A DNA stretch of 64,000 nt from an uncultured Chloroflexia bacterium (GTDB taxonomy: Bacteria; Chloroflexota; Dehalococcoidia; GIF9; UBA5629), in assembly GCA_963705905.1 (NCBI GenBank), contig OY970123.1, positions 275,051 to 339,050 of the forward strand. Direction: 5' to 3'. The notes under the pieces were generated by a model that saw nothing but the letters and a program-made list of their open reading frames with translations, was not told the DNA's origin and did not search any database. The first letter of the stretch is position 1. Every line of letters begins with the position of its first letter. Positions 36,435-49,930 of the stretch are shown here, one piece after another. The position numbers and the translations under genes were made by a program.

Positions 36435-38033
36435 CTAATCCTGGATAAGGACCTTCTCTCCCTCTTTGAGGCCGGATATGACCTCCGTCGACGTCTTAGT
36501 TTGCAGTCCAATAGTTACTTTCCTTTGCTCGGTAATGCCTTTATCCGGATCCACGACAACAGTGACTGTGAGGTTTCCGGCGGGCCCCCTCAAAGCTCGG
36601 TTAGGTATTATCAGCACGTTCTCACGCTTACCTGTTACTATATCCGCCGTGGCAGTGAGGGTCCCCTTTAGTTCCAGTCCCTCGGTGGGGTCCAGGTAGA
36701 TTTCGACCGGGAAATCGACCTCTCCCGCATTGAGGTCGCCAAAGGGGGATATGAAGCTTACTTTGCCCGTTACCCTGCGTCCCGGGAATGCGTCAATACT
36801 GATTGTGGCTTCCTGGCCTACTTTAACGGCGGATATATCGACTTCGTCTACGGTGCCGATCATCTTAATAGTTTTGGTATCAACCAGATGAACAACCGGT
36901 TTGGACGAATAGTCGAACTGCGAAAGCTGATCATTCACCTTGACAGGTATATCTACTACTGTCCCGTCAAAGGGAGCCAGTATTTCGGTTTTAAGCAGGT
37001 CCTGCTTAGCCTGATCCAGGTTGACCATGGCAGTTTCTATATTCAGGTTATACGATCTCAGGGTCTGCGGGCTGAGGCCGGACCGGTAAATGGTCTCGCT
37101 CTCGTCCAATATCATGTTACTCATAAGCAGGTCGTGCTCGGCCATGCGCAGTTTCTCCGACATTTTAACCCTATCCGGATTGTCGCTATACATCATGCCC
37201 TCTATTTCGGAGAGCGAGTCGAGCACCTGTCGCGATATAGCCAGGGAGGTCGAGGTATCGGGGTAAGTATATGCTCCCGGTAGACGCGAATTGTTTTTTA
37301 CAATGGTGTGCACATCGTTAAGGTCTGAAGAGAGAGCATCTATGGCACCCGCAGCAGCCGTGTAGTCGCCTGATTCAAGGAGTGACTGTATCCCGTCCAG
37401 ACTTTTGACCTTTGCGTCCAAGAGCGCAATTATCTGTTTGAGTTCTGGAAAGACCGGTAGCGGCTGCTGCAAATCGTTGTATTGCGTCTGGATTGTATCC
37501 AGCTTCGGATCGGCATATACCGCTCTCGCCGCTGACAGATCATATTTTGCCAGAGAAAGGCTGCTGGCAGCATCATAAGACATATTGTCGGATAGGTATG
37601 TTCCGGCCTGCTTTATTTCATCTTGAGCCTGTTCGAAGCGCATCAGCGCAGTAGCCAGGGTGTAAAACGTCGGGTAGTGGCTACCGCAGCAGTCCTGTAC
37701 CACGTTATTGATGGCCTGTTCCACCAGGTATTGTTGAGCTTTAACTGCCAGCACCTCAGTTGTATCGTCGAGTGTTGCCAGCAATGTTCCTTCCCGAACC
37801 ACATCGCCCTTGGAGACAAGGATTTCTTTAACCGTGCCCGGAAGGCCGAATTTCAAGTAGGCTTCGTTGGGCATATTAAGATTACCGTCCGAAGTTATCG
37901 AGATCACCATGTCACCCCGGGTGACCGTGGCCATCTGGTCAACTGAAATCTGTTTCTTCGATTGAGAACAGGATGTGGCTGAAATTACCACCACTATGAC
38001 CAGTAAGGCGTCTCTAATAGTTCTTTTGATCAT
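36435..38033 (-). CDS. Efflux RND/ABC periplasmic adaptor (membrane fusion protein), lipoprotein
   Basis: GTVKEILVSKGDVVREG..LA, ILAPFDGTV, VDEVDI..VKVGQ, LIIPN.A, EVISGLKEGEKV. Confidence 0.85.
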   Translation of the reverse strand: MIKRTIRDALLVIVVVISATSCSQSKKQISVDQMATVTRGDMVISITSDGNLNMPNEAYLKFGLPGTVKEILVSKGDVVREGTLLATLDDTTEVLAVKAQQYLVEQAINNVVQDCCGSHYPTFYTLATALMRFEQAQDEIKQAGTYLSDNMSYDAASSLSLAKYDLSAARAVYADPKLDTIQTQYNDLQQPLPVFPELKQIIALLDAKVKSLDGIQSLLESGDYTAAAGAIDALSSDLNDVHTIVKNNSRLPGAYTYPDTSTSLAISRQVLDSLSEIEGMMYSDNPDRVKMSEKLRMAEHDLLMSNMILDESETIYRSGLSPQTLRSYNLNIETAMVNLDQAKQDLLKTEILAPFDGTVVDIPVKVNDQLSQFDYSSKPVVHLVDTKTIKMIGTVDEVDISAVKVGQEATISIDAFPGRRVTGKVSFISPFGDLNAGEVDFPVEIYLDPTEGLELKGTLTATADIVTGKRENVLIIPNRALRGPAGNLTVTVVVDPDKGITEQRKVTIGLQTKTSTEVISGLKEGEKVLIQD

Positions 38034-38100
38034 CGTAAATTGTGCAGAAGACCGGTAACTTAATTAATCTTCGCGAAATATAAATCACAAAGGGAAGAAA

Positions 38101-38295
38101 TTAAAGCTTGCCGGCGATTCCTAAGTAAGCAAAATAGATAGCGAACACGACAATAGTAACCAGAGCAACGGCAGCCGCAAATATCACTACGCGAAAAACT
38201 TCGAATTTACGTCCGAGAAAGCCGCCGAGGGAAAGTACAAGACATGATAAGAGCACAGCAGCAAAGATATAGGTCGCTGTTTTAGGGTCCAGCAT
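38101..38295 (-). CDS. Small two-TM membrane protein (64 aa)
   Basis: RBS GAGGAGG; two hydrophobic helices; paralog of 38737-38931. Confidence 0.65.
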   Translation of the reverse strand: MLDPKTATYIFAAVLLSCLVLSLGGFLGRKFEVFRVVIFAAAVALVTIVVFAIYFAYLGIAGKL

Positions 38296-38319
38296 GTTAA
38301 CCTCCTCTTAAGTTATACA

Positions 38320-38709
38320 TTATCGCGAAGAACTAATCAGTGAATCAACGAACAACAGGGCTGCGATGATAACAATGCAGATGACTATCAAGGTAATCCA
38401 AAAACCTGGCCTGCGCGTCATGCTGGTCCTTACGTCGGTCTGCATGATGATTACCCTGGGCGGGCTGGTATCCTGCCTGGGGGGCTTGACCGGGGGTGCA
38501 GAACTCATCATTTCTGTTTCCAGAGTCTGCTGTATTTGTAAGCTCCAGACAAATGCTGTCCCGCAAGTCGGACAATTGGAATAGCGGTTATTGATGGGAC
38601 TTCCACAGACCGGGCAATTGTAAGAGAATCTTTGCTTGCAATTCGAGCAAACAGGTTCGCCAAAGGCATTAAAATTGCCGCAGACCGGGCATCGAAAGCT
38701 CTGGATCAT
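38320..38709 (-). CDS. Double zinc-ribbon protein with a C-terminal TM helix
   Basis: Four CxxC motifs (CPVC, CSNC, CPVC, CPTC); Pro-rich linker; TM. Confidence 0.75.
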   Translation of the reverse strand: MIQSFRCPVCGNFNAFGEPVCSNCKQRFSYNCPVCGSPINNRYSNCPTCGTAFVWSLQIQQTLETEMMSSAPPVKPPRQDTSPPRVIIMQTDVRTSMTRRPGFWITLIVICIVIIAALLFVDSLISSSR

Positions 38710-38736
38710 TCTACAAATACAATAACATATTAGGTA

Positions 38737-38931
38737 TTAGCTCGCACGGGCAACAAAGTAATAAGCAGCATAGACAGTAAAACAGACGACTGCTATAAGC
38801 GCCAGCACGCCTGCAAACGTGACCAGTTTGCCCGGTGTGATTTTCTTACCCAGGAATGCACCCAGGGCAAGCATAACACAGAATCCCAAAATGGCGAACA
38901 ATGTCACTGCCAGTGATTGTGCACTAGGCAT
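38737..38931 (-). CDS. Small two-TM membrane protein (64 aa)
   Basis: RBS GAGGAGG; colinear with 38101-38295 (LG.FLG.K and FA...AL motifs). Confidence 0.65.
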   Translation of the reverse strand: MPSAQSLAVTLFAILGFCVMLALGAFLGKKITPGKLVTFAGVLALIAVVCFTVYAAYYFVARAS

Positions 38932-38967
38932 ATAAACCTCCTATAAAAATGTCTGCTACTTTTATAT

Positions 38968-39387
38968 TTATTCTCCCATAATTTGCAGGATGATTTCACG
39001 TGAGCGCGGCCTTACATCGAAATCCACAATTACAATCTGTTGCCAGGTGCCCAGGGTTAGCCTTTTGTGAACAAAAGGAACGGTAATTGACGGGCTCAAC
39101 AGTGCGGCCCTCACGTGTGCATGGCCGTTGCCGTCGCCCCAGGCCTTATTGTGTTCATAAGTTATATCTGAAGGCACGATGCGCTCCCACATATCCTTCA
39201 TATCCGTCAGAAGGCCGGGTTCGAACTCAATAGTAGTTACACCGGCCGTGGAGCCGGGTATAAAAACGGTTACAGTACCGTCATTCAGGCCGGAATTATT
39301 GACTTCCCGGGCAATTTCGGATGTAACGTTGACTATTTCGCCCTGCCCCTGCGTGTCGATTTGGATCCTTTTGCAACTGACTGTCAT
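38968..39387 (-). CDS. yjbQ: YjbQ/UPF0047 family protein (secondary thiamine-phosphate synthase)
   Basis: GSTAGVTTIE, YEHN...GNGHAHVRA, LGTWQQI; start re-called to ATG 39387, overlapping the pyrK stop (ATGA). Confidence 0.88.
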   Translation of the reverse strand: MTVSCKRIQIDTQGQGEIVNVTSEIAREVNNSGLNDGTVTVFIPGSTAGVTTIEFEPGLLTDMKDMWERIVPSDITYEHNKAWGDGNGHAHVRAALLSPSITVPFVHKRLTLGTWQQIVIVDFDVRPRSREIILQIMGE

Positions 39388-40205
39388 ATCCTGACCTCCT
39401 GCCATATTATATCGTTTATATTGAATACCGGTCCTTCTTTGCAGACTCGTTTCATTCCCTGCCTGGTGCGTATGCTGCATGAGTAGCAGGCGCCCACTCC
39501 ACAGCCCATGCGAACTTCAAGAGATACCTGGATAGGTTTCTCGACCGGCCAATCATTCATGTGTCTGTGCATTGTTTCATACATAGCCTCCGGGCCGCAA
39601 GCAAAAACCTGATCGACTCCGGTTATATATTCCGGGATCAGATCAGCAACTGAGCTTTTCTTTCCAAAACTTCCATCGTCCGTGGCAAAAATGATTTCTG
39701 CCCTTCTCGGTAACAGGCTTGAGGGGTAGACAGCAGCCTTGGTGCGAGCACCTACCAAAAGAGTAACACTTCTACCTGAGGCCAAGGCTGTTTCAGCCAG
39801 GAATTTCAGCGGAGCTATGCCAATCCCTCCTGCGGCAATTAATATATTTTTAGAAGTTGAATCTATAGTAAAGCCGTTACCCAACGGGCCGATCAAATCA
39901 AGTTCATCCCCCTCTCTAAGCTCGCAAAGCTGTCGGGCGCCGTTTTTATGTGCAACCCGGCCGCCTACGGGCACCGCGATCAGCAGGCTTATAATATCTG
40001 AGCCCTTTACATCGTGTATGCTGATAGGTCGCCGTAAAACCAAATTGCTTCTACATTGTAGCATGAAGAACTGCCCGGGCTTGCTGTCCGACGCCAGGCC
40101 CTCTGATTGGATATGCATAAGGTAATAGGCGGCCTTCTCGCAACGCAGAAGTGCTTTGTTGTATAAGATTTTACCTTTAATCTGCTTCAATTGATTTAGT
40201 GGCAT
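39384..40205 (-). CDS. pyrK: Dihydroorotate dehydrogenase electron transfer subunit
   Basis: PGQF, LRRPISI, GPLGNGF, GGIGIAP, ACGP, MGCGVGACYSC...VCKEGPVF. Confidence 0.92.
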   Translation of the reverse strand: MPLNQLKQIKGKILYNKALLRCEKAAYYLMHIQSEGLASDSKPGQFFMLQCRSNLVLRRPISIHDVKGSDIISLLIAVPVGGRVAHKNGARQLCELREGDELDLIGPLGNGFTIDSTSKNILIAAGGIGIAPLKFLAETALASGRSVTLLVGARTKAAVYPSSLLPRRAEIIFATDDGSFGKKSSVADLIPEYITGVDQVFACGPEAMYETMHRHMNDWPVEKPIQVSLEVRMGCGVGACYSCSIRTRQGMKRVCKEGPVFNINDIIWQEVRI

Positions 40206-40216
40206 CCTTTAATAAA

Positions 40217-43492
<3,276 letters not shown>

Positions 43493-43498
43493 TTATTC

Positions 43499-44596
43499 TT
43501 ATTTCCTTTCCTTTAACATATCCAGGAACCGCTCAAAGAGATAAATATTATCCTGCGGCCCGGGCGACCCTTCGGAATGATACTGGATGGAGATGATCGG
43601 CAGCTTGGCATGGCGCAGTCCTTCAACCGTGCCGTCGTTTAAATTGAGATGGCTTACTTCCAGTCCTCCTTTGAGCGTTTCCAATGCGATGGCGTAGCCG
43701 TGGTTCTGGGTCGTTATGTGTATGCGTCCGGTTTCAAGGTCGCGCACAGGGTGGTTGGCTCCCCGGTGGCCGAACTTCAGTTTAAATGTATCGGCGCCAA
43801 GCGCCCGGCCTATCAGTTGGTGGCCCAGGCATATGCCCATGATCGGGACCTTGCCCAGGAGCTCCTTGATATTCCCTATGATATCGCCCAACAGGGCAGG
43901 ATCTCCCGGTCCCGGCGAAAGGACTATGCCGTCGGGCTTTAGTTTCAATATTTCAGCCGGTGGAGTAGCGGCAGGGATCACCGTCACCGTGCAGCCCAGC
44001 CCGGCAAGTATGCGGGCTATGTTATAACGCAGCCCTGTATCGACTATGGCAACTTTGTATTTTCCTGGCCGTTTATCATTTTTGGCCCAGTCATATTTAT
44101 GGTCTGTAGTTACCTCGCGAACGAAGTCGGTCACACCATAGGTAGGGATTTTCTTTAGCTCGCGCATGCACTCGGCTACGGTAAGTTCGCTGGATATCAT
44201 GCCCATCATCACGCCAAGCGAACGGATATGCCTGGTCAGGCTGCGAGTATCTATACCGCTCAGGCCGGGTATTCCGCTGGCTTTAAGATACTCATCCAGT
44301 GTTGCAGTCTTTTGCCAGTGGCTGGGCACTTCGCAGTATTCCCTGACTACGAATCCCCGGACCTGTATCTTGCATGACTCAAAGTCAGTATCGTTGATGC
44401 CGTAGTTGCCGATCAGAGGGTAAGTGGGCACAACTATTTGACCTGCGAACGACGGGTCGGTCAGCATTTCCTGGTAGCCGGTCATACTGGTTATAAATAC
44501 GATCTCGCCGGGCGTAGTCGACGCTGACCCGAACGACATGCCCTCGTAAAAGGTCCCGTCCTCGAGTACCAGGACGGCATTCTTTGAATTTGTCAT
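43499..44596 (-). CDS. carA: Carbamoyl-phosphate synthase small subunit
   Basis: TGYQEMLTDPS, SPGPGDP, GICLGHQ, QNHG, QYHSE. Confidence 0.97.
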   Translation of the reverse strand: MTNSKNAVLVLEDGTFYEGMSFGSASTTPGEIVFITSMTGYQEMLTDPSFAGQIVVPTYPLIGNYGINDTDFESCKIQVRGFVVREYCEVPSHWQKTATLDEYLKASGIPGLSGIDTRSLTRHIRSLGVMMGMISSELTVAECMRELKKIPTYGVTDFVREVTTDHKYDWAKNDKRPGKYKVAIVDTGLRYNIARILAGLGCTVTVIPAATPPAEILKLKPDGIVLSPGPGDPALLGDIIGNIKELLGKVPIMGICLGHQLIGRALGADTFKLKFGHRGANHPVRDLETGRIHITTQNHGYAIALETLKGGLEVSHLNLNDGTVEGLRHAKLPIISIQYHSEGSPGPQDNIYLFERFLDMLKERK

Positions 44597-45936
44597 TTGG
44601 ATATCCTTACCGATTTATCGATGTAGGCCATCTCGCCGGCGTGAATTGTGCCGACAACCATGCCCTTGAACTGCTGTCCTTTGAAGGGCGTGTTTTTGCC
44701 ACGCGACAGCATGTCAGCCTCATCCATAGTCCATTCCCTGGATATATCCAGCAGGGTTACATCGGCACGTGCCCCGGTTTTAAGGGTTCCGGTGTGACCG
44801 TATTCTTGCGGCAGGACGGCCACTGGACCGCACGTCAGAAGAGCTATCAGAGTATTCAATTCAATCTTTCCTGAATTAACCAGCATCATCAGTGCGGAAA
44901 AAGCAGTTTCAAATCCACTTATTCCGAAGGCTGCCTCCTCGAATTCGCAGAGCTTATCCTGGCTGGCATGAGGAGCATGGTCGGTAGCGACTACGGAGAT
45001 CGTCCCGTCGTTGACGGCCTTTATCAGCGCTTCGACATCGGAAGAAGTCCTTAATGGAGGGTTGACCTTGGCATTTGTATCATATAACAATGGAACGTCC
45101 GGTTCCCCCGGAGAGGCGATGATCCGCTCTTCGGTCAGAGTCAGATGATGAGGTGTGGCATCCGCGCTGATTTTCATACCCCGGGCCCTGGCCGCCCTGA
45201 TAATTTCCACTGAGCCCCGCGTGCTTATATGGGTGAGGTGCAGCCTGGCACCGGTCATTTCGGCCAGGGCTACATCACGGGCCACCATGGACTCTTCGGC
45301 GGCTGCCGGAATCCCTTTTATGCCCAGCCGGGCCGCGACCCAGCCATCGTGAAGGTGACCTCCCCTCGAGAGGTTAAGATCCTCGCAGTGGTCGATTATG
45401 GGGATATCCAGCCCGGAAGCGCAGCGCATTGCGAGTAGCATCAATTGCGAGTCGCTGACCGGGCTTCCGTCGTCACTGAAGCCGGCACAGCCGGCATCGG
45501 ACAGCTCCGACATGTCGGTCAGTTCCTTGCCCGCCCTGCCTTTGGAGATACACCCGATCGGCAAAACGGTTATGAGCGGCGCCTGGGAGGCGGCCGTTTT
45601 AAGGACGAAATCGACGGTTGCCGCATTGTCCAGCGGTGGGTTGGTATTGGGCATACAGCAAATGGTGGTAAATCCGCCGCGGATAGCCGCAGCCGCCCCG
45701 CTGGCTATGGTCTCTTTCTCTTCGAACCCGGGTTCCCTGAGGTGGCAGTGAAGGTCAATGAAGCCGGGGCAGGCTACCAATCCATCTGCCTGGATGGTAA
45801 CGCCCTGGGAGGATTTCAAGTTTGCGCCCCATGATTTTATGAGCCCCTCTTCGATTAAAATATCCGTTGTTTCATCGACATTCTGTGAGGGATCGATAAC
45901 CCGCGCGTTTTTAATCAATATTGATCTGGACATCAT
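44593..45936 (-). CDS. pyrC: Dihydroorotase
   Basis: PGFIDLHCHLREPG, MPNT, KVNPPLR, ATDHAPH. Confidence 0.95.
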   Translation of the reverse strand: MMSRSILIKNARVIDPSQNVDETTDILIEEGLIKSWGANLKSSQGVTIQADGLVACPGFIDLHCHLREPGFEEKETIASGAAAAIRGGFTTICCMPNTNPPLDNAATVDFVLKTAASQAPLITVLPIGCISKGRAGKELTDMSELSDAGCAGFSDDGSPVSDSQLMLLAMRCASGLDIPIIDHCEDLNLSRGGHLHDGWVAARLGIKGIPAAAEESMVARDVALAEMTGARLHLTHISTRGSVEIIRAARARGMKISADATPHHLTLTEERIIASPGEPDVPLLYDTNAKVNPPLRTSSDVEALIKAVNDGTISVVATDHAPHASQDKLCEFEEAAFGISGFETAFSALMMLVNSGKIELNTLIALLTCGPVAVLPQEYGHTGTLKTGARADVTLLDISREWTMDEADMLSRGKNTPFKGQQFKGMVVGTIHAGEMAYIDKSVRISK

Positions 45937-46955
45937 TGGCTCTTCACCCCCGCCACTAAATAAAGGAGTGCCATGCGTATTGCCACCCCATTGGTAACCT
46001 GTTGTTCGATCAGTGAATTGCTGCCGTAGGCTACATCATGGCTGATCTCAATGCCTTCGTTCATGGGCCCGGGATGCATTACTATGGCATTGGGCCTGGC
46101 TTTCTTGAGCCTCTCACCGTTGACCTGGTACAACCTTATATATTCGCGGGTTGAGGATATGAAACCGCTCTGCTGCCGCTCCTTTTGGAGCCTGAGAGGC
46201 ATGATGACGTCTGCATCTTCCAGAGCCCGGTCGAGGTTATGTTCAATACTGACATGGTCCAGCCCGCATTTCTCAAGCATTTCCGGCATACCCTGGGGTA
46301 TAAACGTCTTAGGGGCGCAGAGCACCACATGCAGGCCGGTCGAACGCATGCCCCAGATGTTGGACCTGGCGACCCTGCTGTGCATGATGTCTCCTATGAT
46401 AACCACCTTGCGGCCTTTCAGATCGCCGAGCTGTCTTTTAATCGTGTAGAGGTCCAGTAGACCCTGGGAAGGGTGTGCATGGCAGCCGTCGCCGGCATTG
46501 ATAATGCAGGTCTGCAGGTGCCGCGCAGCGACATAAGGAGCGCCCGAGCAGGGGTGCCGGATTATGATGGTATTGACCTCCAGCGCCTGTAATGTGCGCA
46601 GGCTATCGATGAGAGATTCTCCTTTGGCTACACTGCTTCTGCCCGCGTCCAGGCTTACAGTATCTGCGCCCAGGTATTTGGCCGCCAGCTCGAAGGAAGC
46701 ACGCGTCCTGGTGCTTGGTTCATAGAACAGGATTGCGATGGTCTTACCTCGCAGAGTGGGGACTTTTTTCACATCGCGGGCCAGGATTTCCACCATGCCG
46801 TTGGCTATTTCAAAGACCAGCGTGATCTCATCTGGAGAAAAGTCGTCCAAATCGAGGACGTTCCTGTGCCGCCATAACCCGATGGAAAGTGGAGGCAAAG
46901 ATTCCTGCCCGGCCGTGCTCAACTTCGGTTCATTTAGGCTCACTATTTTCTCCAT
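45933..46955 (-). CDS. pyrB: Aspartate carbamoyltransferase catalytic subunit
   Basis: [38 protein letters not shown]. Confidence 0.95.
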   Translation of the reverse strand: MEKIVSLNEPKLSTAGQESLPPLSIGLWRHRNVLDLDDFSPDEITLVFEIANGMVEILARDVKKVPTLRGKTIAILFYEPSTRTRASFELAAKYLGADTVSLDAGRSSVAKGESLIDSLRTLQALEVNTIIIRHPCSGAPYVAARHLQTCIINAGDGCHAHPSQGLLDLYTIKRQLGDLKGRKVVIIGDIMHSRVARSNIWGMRSTGLHVVLCAPKTFIPQGMPEMLEKCGLDHVSIEHNLDRALEDADVIMPLRLQKERQQSGFISSTREYIRLYQVNGERLKKARPNAIVMHPGPMNEGIEISHDVAYGSNSLIEQQVTNGVAIRMALLYLVAGVKSQ

Positions 46956-47487
46956 CCAACCTCCTGACCGCCACTTTATCTACGGCGTCCACCTCGCTCA
47001 GGTATACTTTTATTTCCTCATTATTGGCGGTAGGTATGTTTTTACCTACGAAGTCGGCTCGTATCGGTAGTTCCCGGTGGCCCCGGTCTATCAATACTGC
47101 CAACTGAATGGTATGAGGCCTGCCGAGGTCCATTAAGGCATCCAGAGCGGCCCGGATGCTCCTGCCGGTATAAAATACATCGTCCACCAGGATAACTTGC
47201 TTATTGGTAATATCGAAAGGCAGGTAGGTCTGCTGAACGACATGCTTAAAGCCCAGGGAGGTTACGTCATCCCGGTAAAGTGTTATATCAAGTGACCCGA
47301 CTGGTATATCCACCTGCTCCATAGCGCGGATTATAGTTGCAAGGCGTTGGGCCAGGGGCACGCCGCGGGTTTTAATGCCTACAAATGCGATGCTTTTTGC
47401 ACCCTTGTTGTGCTCCACTATTTCATGCGCGATACGAACAAGGGCCCTTTCGATGTCGGAAGAGTTAAGCAGAATCTTTTCAGGCAT
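46930..47487 (-). CDS. pyrR: Pyrimidine operon attenuation protein / uracil phosphoribosyltransferase
   Basis: [43 protein letters not shown]. Confidence 0.95.
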   Translation of the reverse strand: MPEKILLNSSDIERALVRIAHEIVEHNKGAKSIAFVGIKTRGVPLAQRLATIIRAMEQVDIPVGSLDITLYRDDVTSLGFKHVVQQTYLPFDITNKQVILVDDVFYTGRSIRAALDALMDLGRPHTIQLAVLIDRGHRELPIRADFVGKNIPTANNEEIKVYLSEVDAVDKVAVRRLDGENSEPK

Positions 47488-47601
47488 AAAAAAACCTCTC
47501 GCCGCGCTGGCAAGAGGTCATATACAAGCGAAAACTTGGACTACAGTATGATGAATTTACTTCATCATTCCCTTGCCAGCCTCGCTGGGCTGACTTAAAG
47601 G
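47488..47601 (-). promoter_or_regulatory. PyrR-binding attenuator
   Basis: Minus strand CCTTTAAGTCAGCCCAGCGAGGCTGGCAAGG (PyrR binding loop); GCTGGCAAG/CTTGCCAGC antiterminator; terminator ACCTCTTGCC...GGCGAGAGGT-TTTTTT directly before the pyrR ATG. Confidence 0.88.
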
Positions 47602-47763
47602 TTTATTTTCTAAAAGTATACCATATGAGTTGGCGTTTAAGCAAAATACAGGTAGGATGATGAAAAGGTTGGGTTGTGTTTGATTATCGATTAGTTTCAG
47701 ATAAAATAACAGACGGTAGATGACAATTATCAAATTGACATAATATTATCGAGGGAGGATTAA

Positions 47764-49263
47764 TTGAAATTTGAAGTAAAGACAGGCGATATCAGCAAGA
47801 TTAAATGCGATGCTATAGTCGTGAACCTGTTCGAAGGGATTGCCAGGCCCGCGGGCGCCACCGCTGTTGTCGATGTTGCATTGGGAGGGGCCATCAGCGG
47901 TTTAATAAAGAATGGTGAGTTTAAAGGCAAAGCGAGCGAAGTACACGTACTGCATACTCTGGGGAAAATACCTGCCAGGCTGGTAGCTATCGCAGGGCTG
48001 GGCAAGAAGGAGGATTTTAAAGTTGATATCGTGCGCAACGTTATGGCTGAAGTGATACGCGCACTGGCCAGGCATAACTGCGATTCGGCAGCTACCATAT
48101 TGCACGGGGCCGGGTCGGGCGGTCTCTCCGTTGAGAAGGCAGCCGAAGCCATTGCCGAGGGCAGCATGCTGGGAGCCTACAAGTTTAAGAAACACTTAAC
48201 AAAAAAAGATGACGGGCACGATGTTAACAATATTATTTTGCTCGATAAGGATGCATCTAATCTGAAAGCTGTTAAAAAAGGAGCTGAGATCGGCGAAATC
48301 ATCGCAGAAGCCACTACGCTGGCACGCGATATGGTGAATGAACCGGGCAACCATATGACCCCTACTGATATGGCGGAGATAGCTAAAGGAGTAGCAGAGG
48401 AATGCAATCTCGATATCCTGATCATGGACCGCAAGCAGATGGAAAAAGAGGCCATGGGAGCTTTACTGGGCGTGGCACAGGGCACCAGCCAGCCGCCCAA
48501 ATTCATCGTACTCTCCTATAAAGGCAACCCGCAAGCGAAGGAAACGGTCGCATTTGTAGGCAAGGGATTGACCTTCGATTCGGGCGGTATCTCTTTGAAG
48601 CCGCAGGAATTCATGTCGGATATGAAAGGAGACATGTCCGGCGGCGCCGCAGTCATAGCTGCCATTAAAGCAGTGGCCAAACTTAAATTGAAGATCAATT
48701 TAACGGCTATAGTTCCTGCTACTGAGAACCTGCCGGGCGGGCGGGCGCTCAAGCCGGGGGATGTATTGAAAGCGTCTAACGGCAAGACCGTCGAAGTCGT
48801 CAATACCGATGCCGAGGGGCGGCTGATACTCTCGGATGCGTTATCCTATGCGGTAAAGAAAGGTTTTTCACCACTTATAGACCTTGCCACACTGACAGGC
48901 GCTTGCCATGTGGCGTTGGGCGACATTTATGCGGGGGTCTTCAGCAATAATCAGGCTCTGGCCGATAAGGTAATCAAGGCGGGTAAGGAAGCCGGAGAAA
49001 ACCTCTGGCAATTACCATTACCGGAGGAGTACAAGGAACTGAACAAGAGCGATATCGCCGATATAAAGAACTCCGGCGGCAGGTATGGCGGAGCAATCAC
49101 GGCGGCGCTGTTCCTGCAGGAATTTGCCGGCGGCAAACCCTGGCTGCATATGGATATTGCCGGGCCGTTCATGTCGGAAAAAGATAAAGGAGTACTGGTT
49201 AAGGGAGCAACCGGTTTTGGCACCAGGACCCTAATAAGATTGGCTACAAATCTAAGTAAATAG
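47764..49263 (+). CDS. pepA: Leucyl aminopeptidase (M17)
   Basis: VGKGLTFDSGG, MKGDMSG, NTDAEGRL, DLATLTGA, HMDIAG. Confidence 0.95.
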   Translation: MKFEVKTGDISKIKCDAIVVNLFEGIARPAGATAVVDVALGGAISGLIKNGEFKGKASEVHVLHTLGKIPARLVAIAGLGKKEDFKVDIVRNVMAEVIRALARHNCDSAATILHGAGSGGLSVEKAAEAIAEGSMLGAYKFKKHLTKKDDGHDVNNIILLDKDASNLKAVKKGAEIGEIIAEATTLARDMVNEPGNHMTPTDMAEIAKGVAEECNLDILIMDRKQMEKEAMGALLGVAQGTSQPPKFIVLSYKGNPQAKETVAFVGKGLTFDSGGISLKPQEFMSDMKGDMSGGAAVIAAIKAVAKLKLKINLTAIVPATENLPGGRALKPGDVLKASNGKTVEVVNTDAEGRLILSDALSYAVKKGFSPLIDLATLTGACHVALGDIYAGVFSNNQALADKVIKAGKEAGENLWQLPLPEEYKELNKSDIADIKNSGGRYGGAITAALFLQEFAGGKPWLHMDIAGPFMSEKDKGVLVKGATGFGTRTLIRLATNLSK

Positions 49264-49276
49264 TGGAGGGAAAAAG

Positions 49277-49930
49277 GTGAAGATTAAATGGCTGGGACAT
49301 TCATGTTTCCTGATCACGTCGGATCAGGGCGTCAGGCTTCTCGCAGACCCGTTTCATGCTGATAAAAGCTCCGGGCTGAAATACGCTGAGGTAAAAGAAC
49401 CCGTCGATGTGGTTACGGTCAGTCATGATCATTTTGATCACAATAATACGGAGGCCCTGCCTGGAAAGCCCGAGATATTGAAAGGGCACGTCAGTAAAAC
49501 AATTAAGGATATATCCATCGGGGCGATAGCTTCATACCATGACGAGACCAAGGGCAGCCAGAGGGGCGCTAATATTATCTTTTGTTTGGATGTTGACGGG
49601 GTCAGAATCTGCCATCTGGGCGACCTCGGCCATGATTTAGCAAAGGATGAAATCGGCAAAATGGGGCAGGTGGACGTCCTGCTCATCCCTATCGGAGAGG
49701 TGTTCACGGTTGGCGTTGATATAGCGAGCAAGATTTGCATGGAAGTTAAACCCCGGATAGTAATCCCCATGCATTACAAGACCGATCAATGTGACTGGTT
49801 GAAATTCAACGCGGAGGATTTCATAAAGGGCAAGAGTAATGTCAGCAAGCTCAGCAGCAACGAAGTCGAGGTAAAAAAGGAAACCCTGCCCCGGCAGATG
49901 GAGATCATCGTTTTAAAATATATGGGCTAA
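49277..49930 (+). CDS. Metallo-beta-lactamase-fold hydrolase
   Basis: WLGHSCF, SHDHFDH, HLGDLGH, IPMHY. Confidence 0.88.
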   Translation: MKIKWLGHSCFLITSDQGVRLLADPFHADKSSGLKYAEVKEPVDVVTVSHDHFDHNNTEALPGKPEILKGHVSKTIKDISIGAIASYHDETKGSQRGANIIFCLDVDGVRICHLGDLGHDLAKDEIGKMGQVDVLLIPIGEVFTVGVDIASKICMEVKPRIVIPMHYKTDQCDWLKFNAEDFIKGKSNVSKLSSNEVEVKKETLPRQMEIIVLKYMG

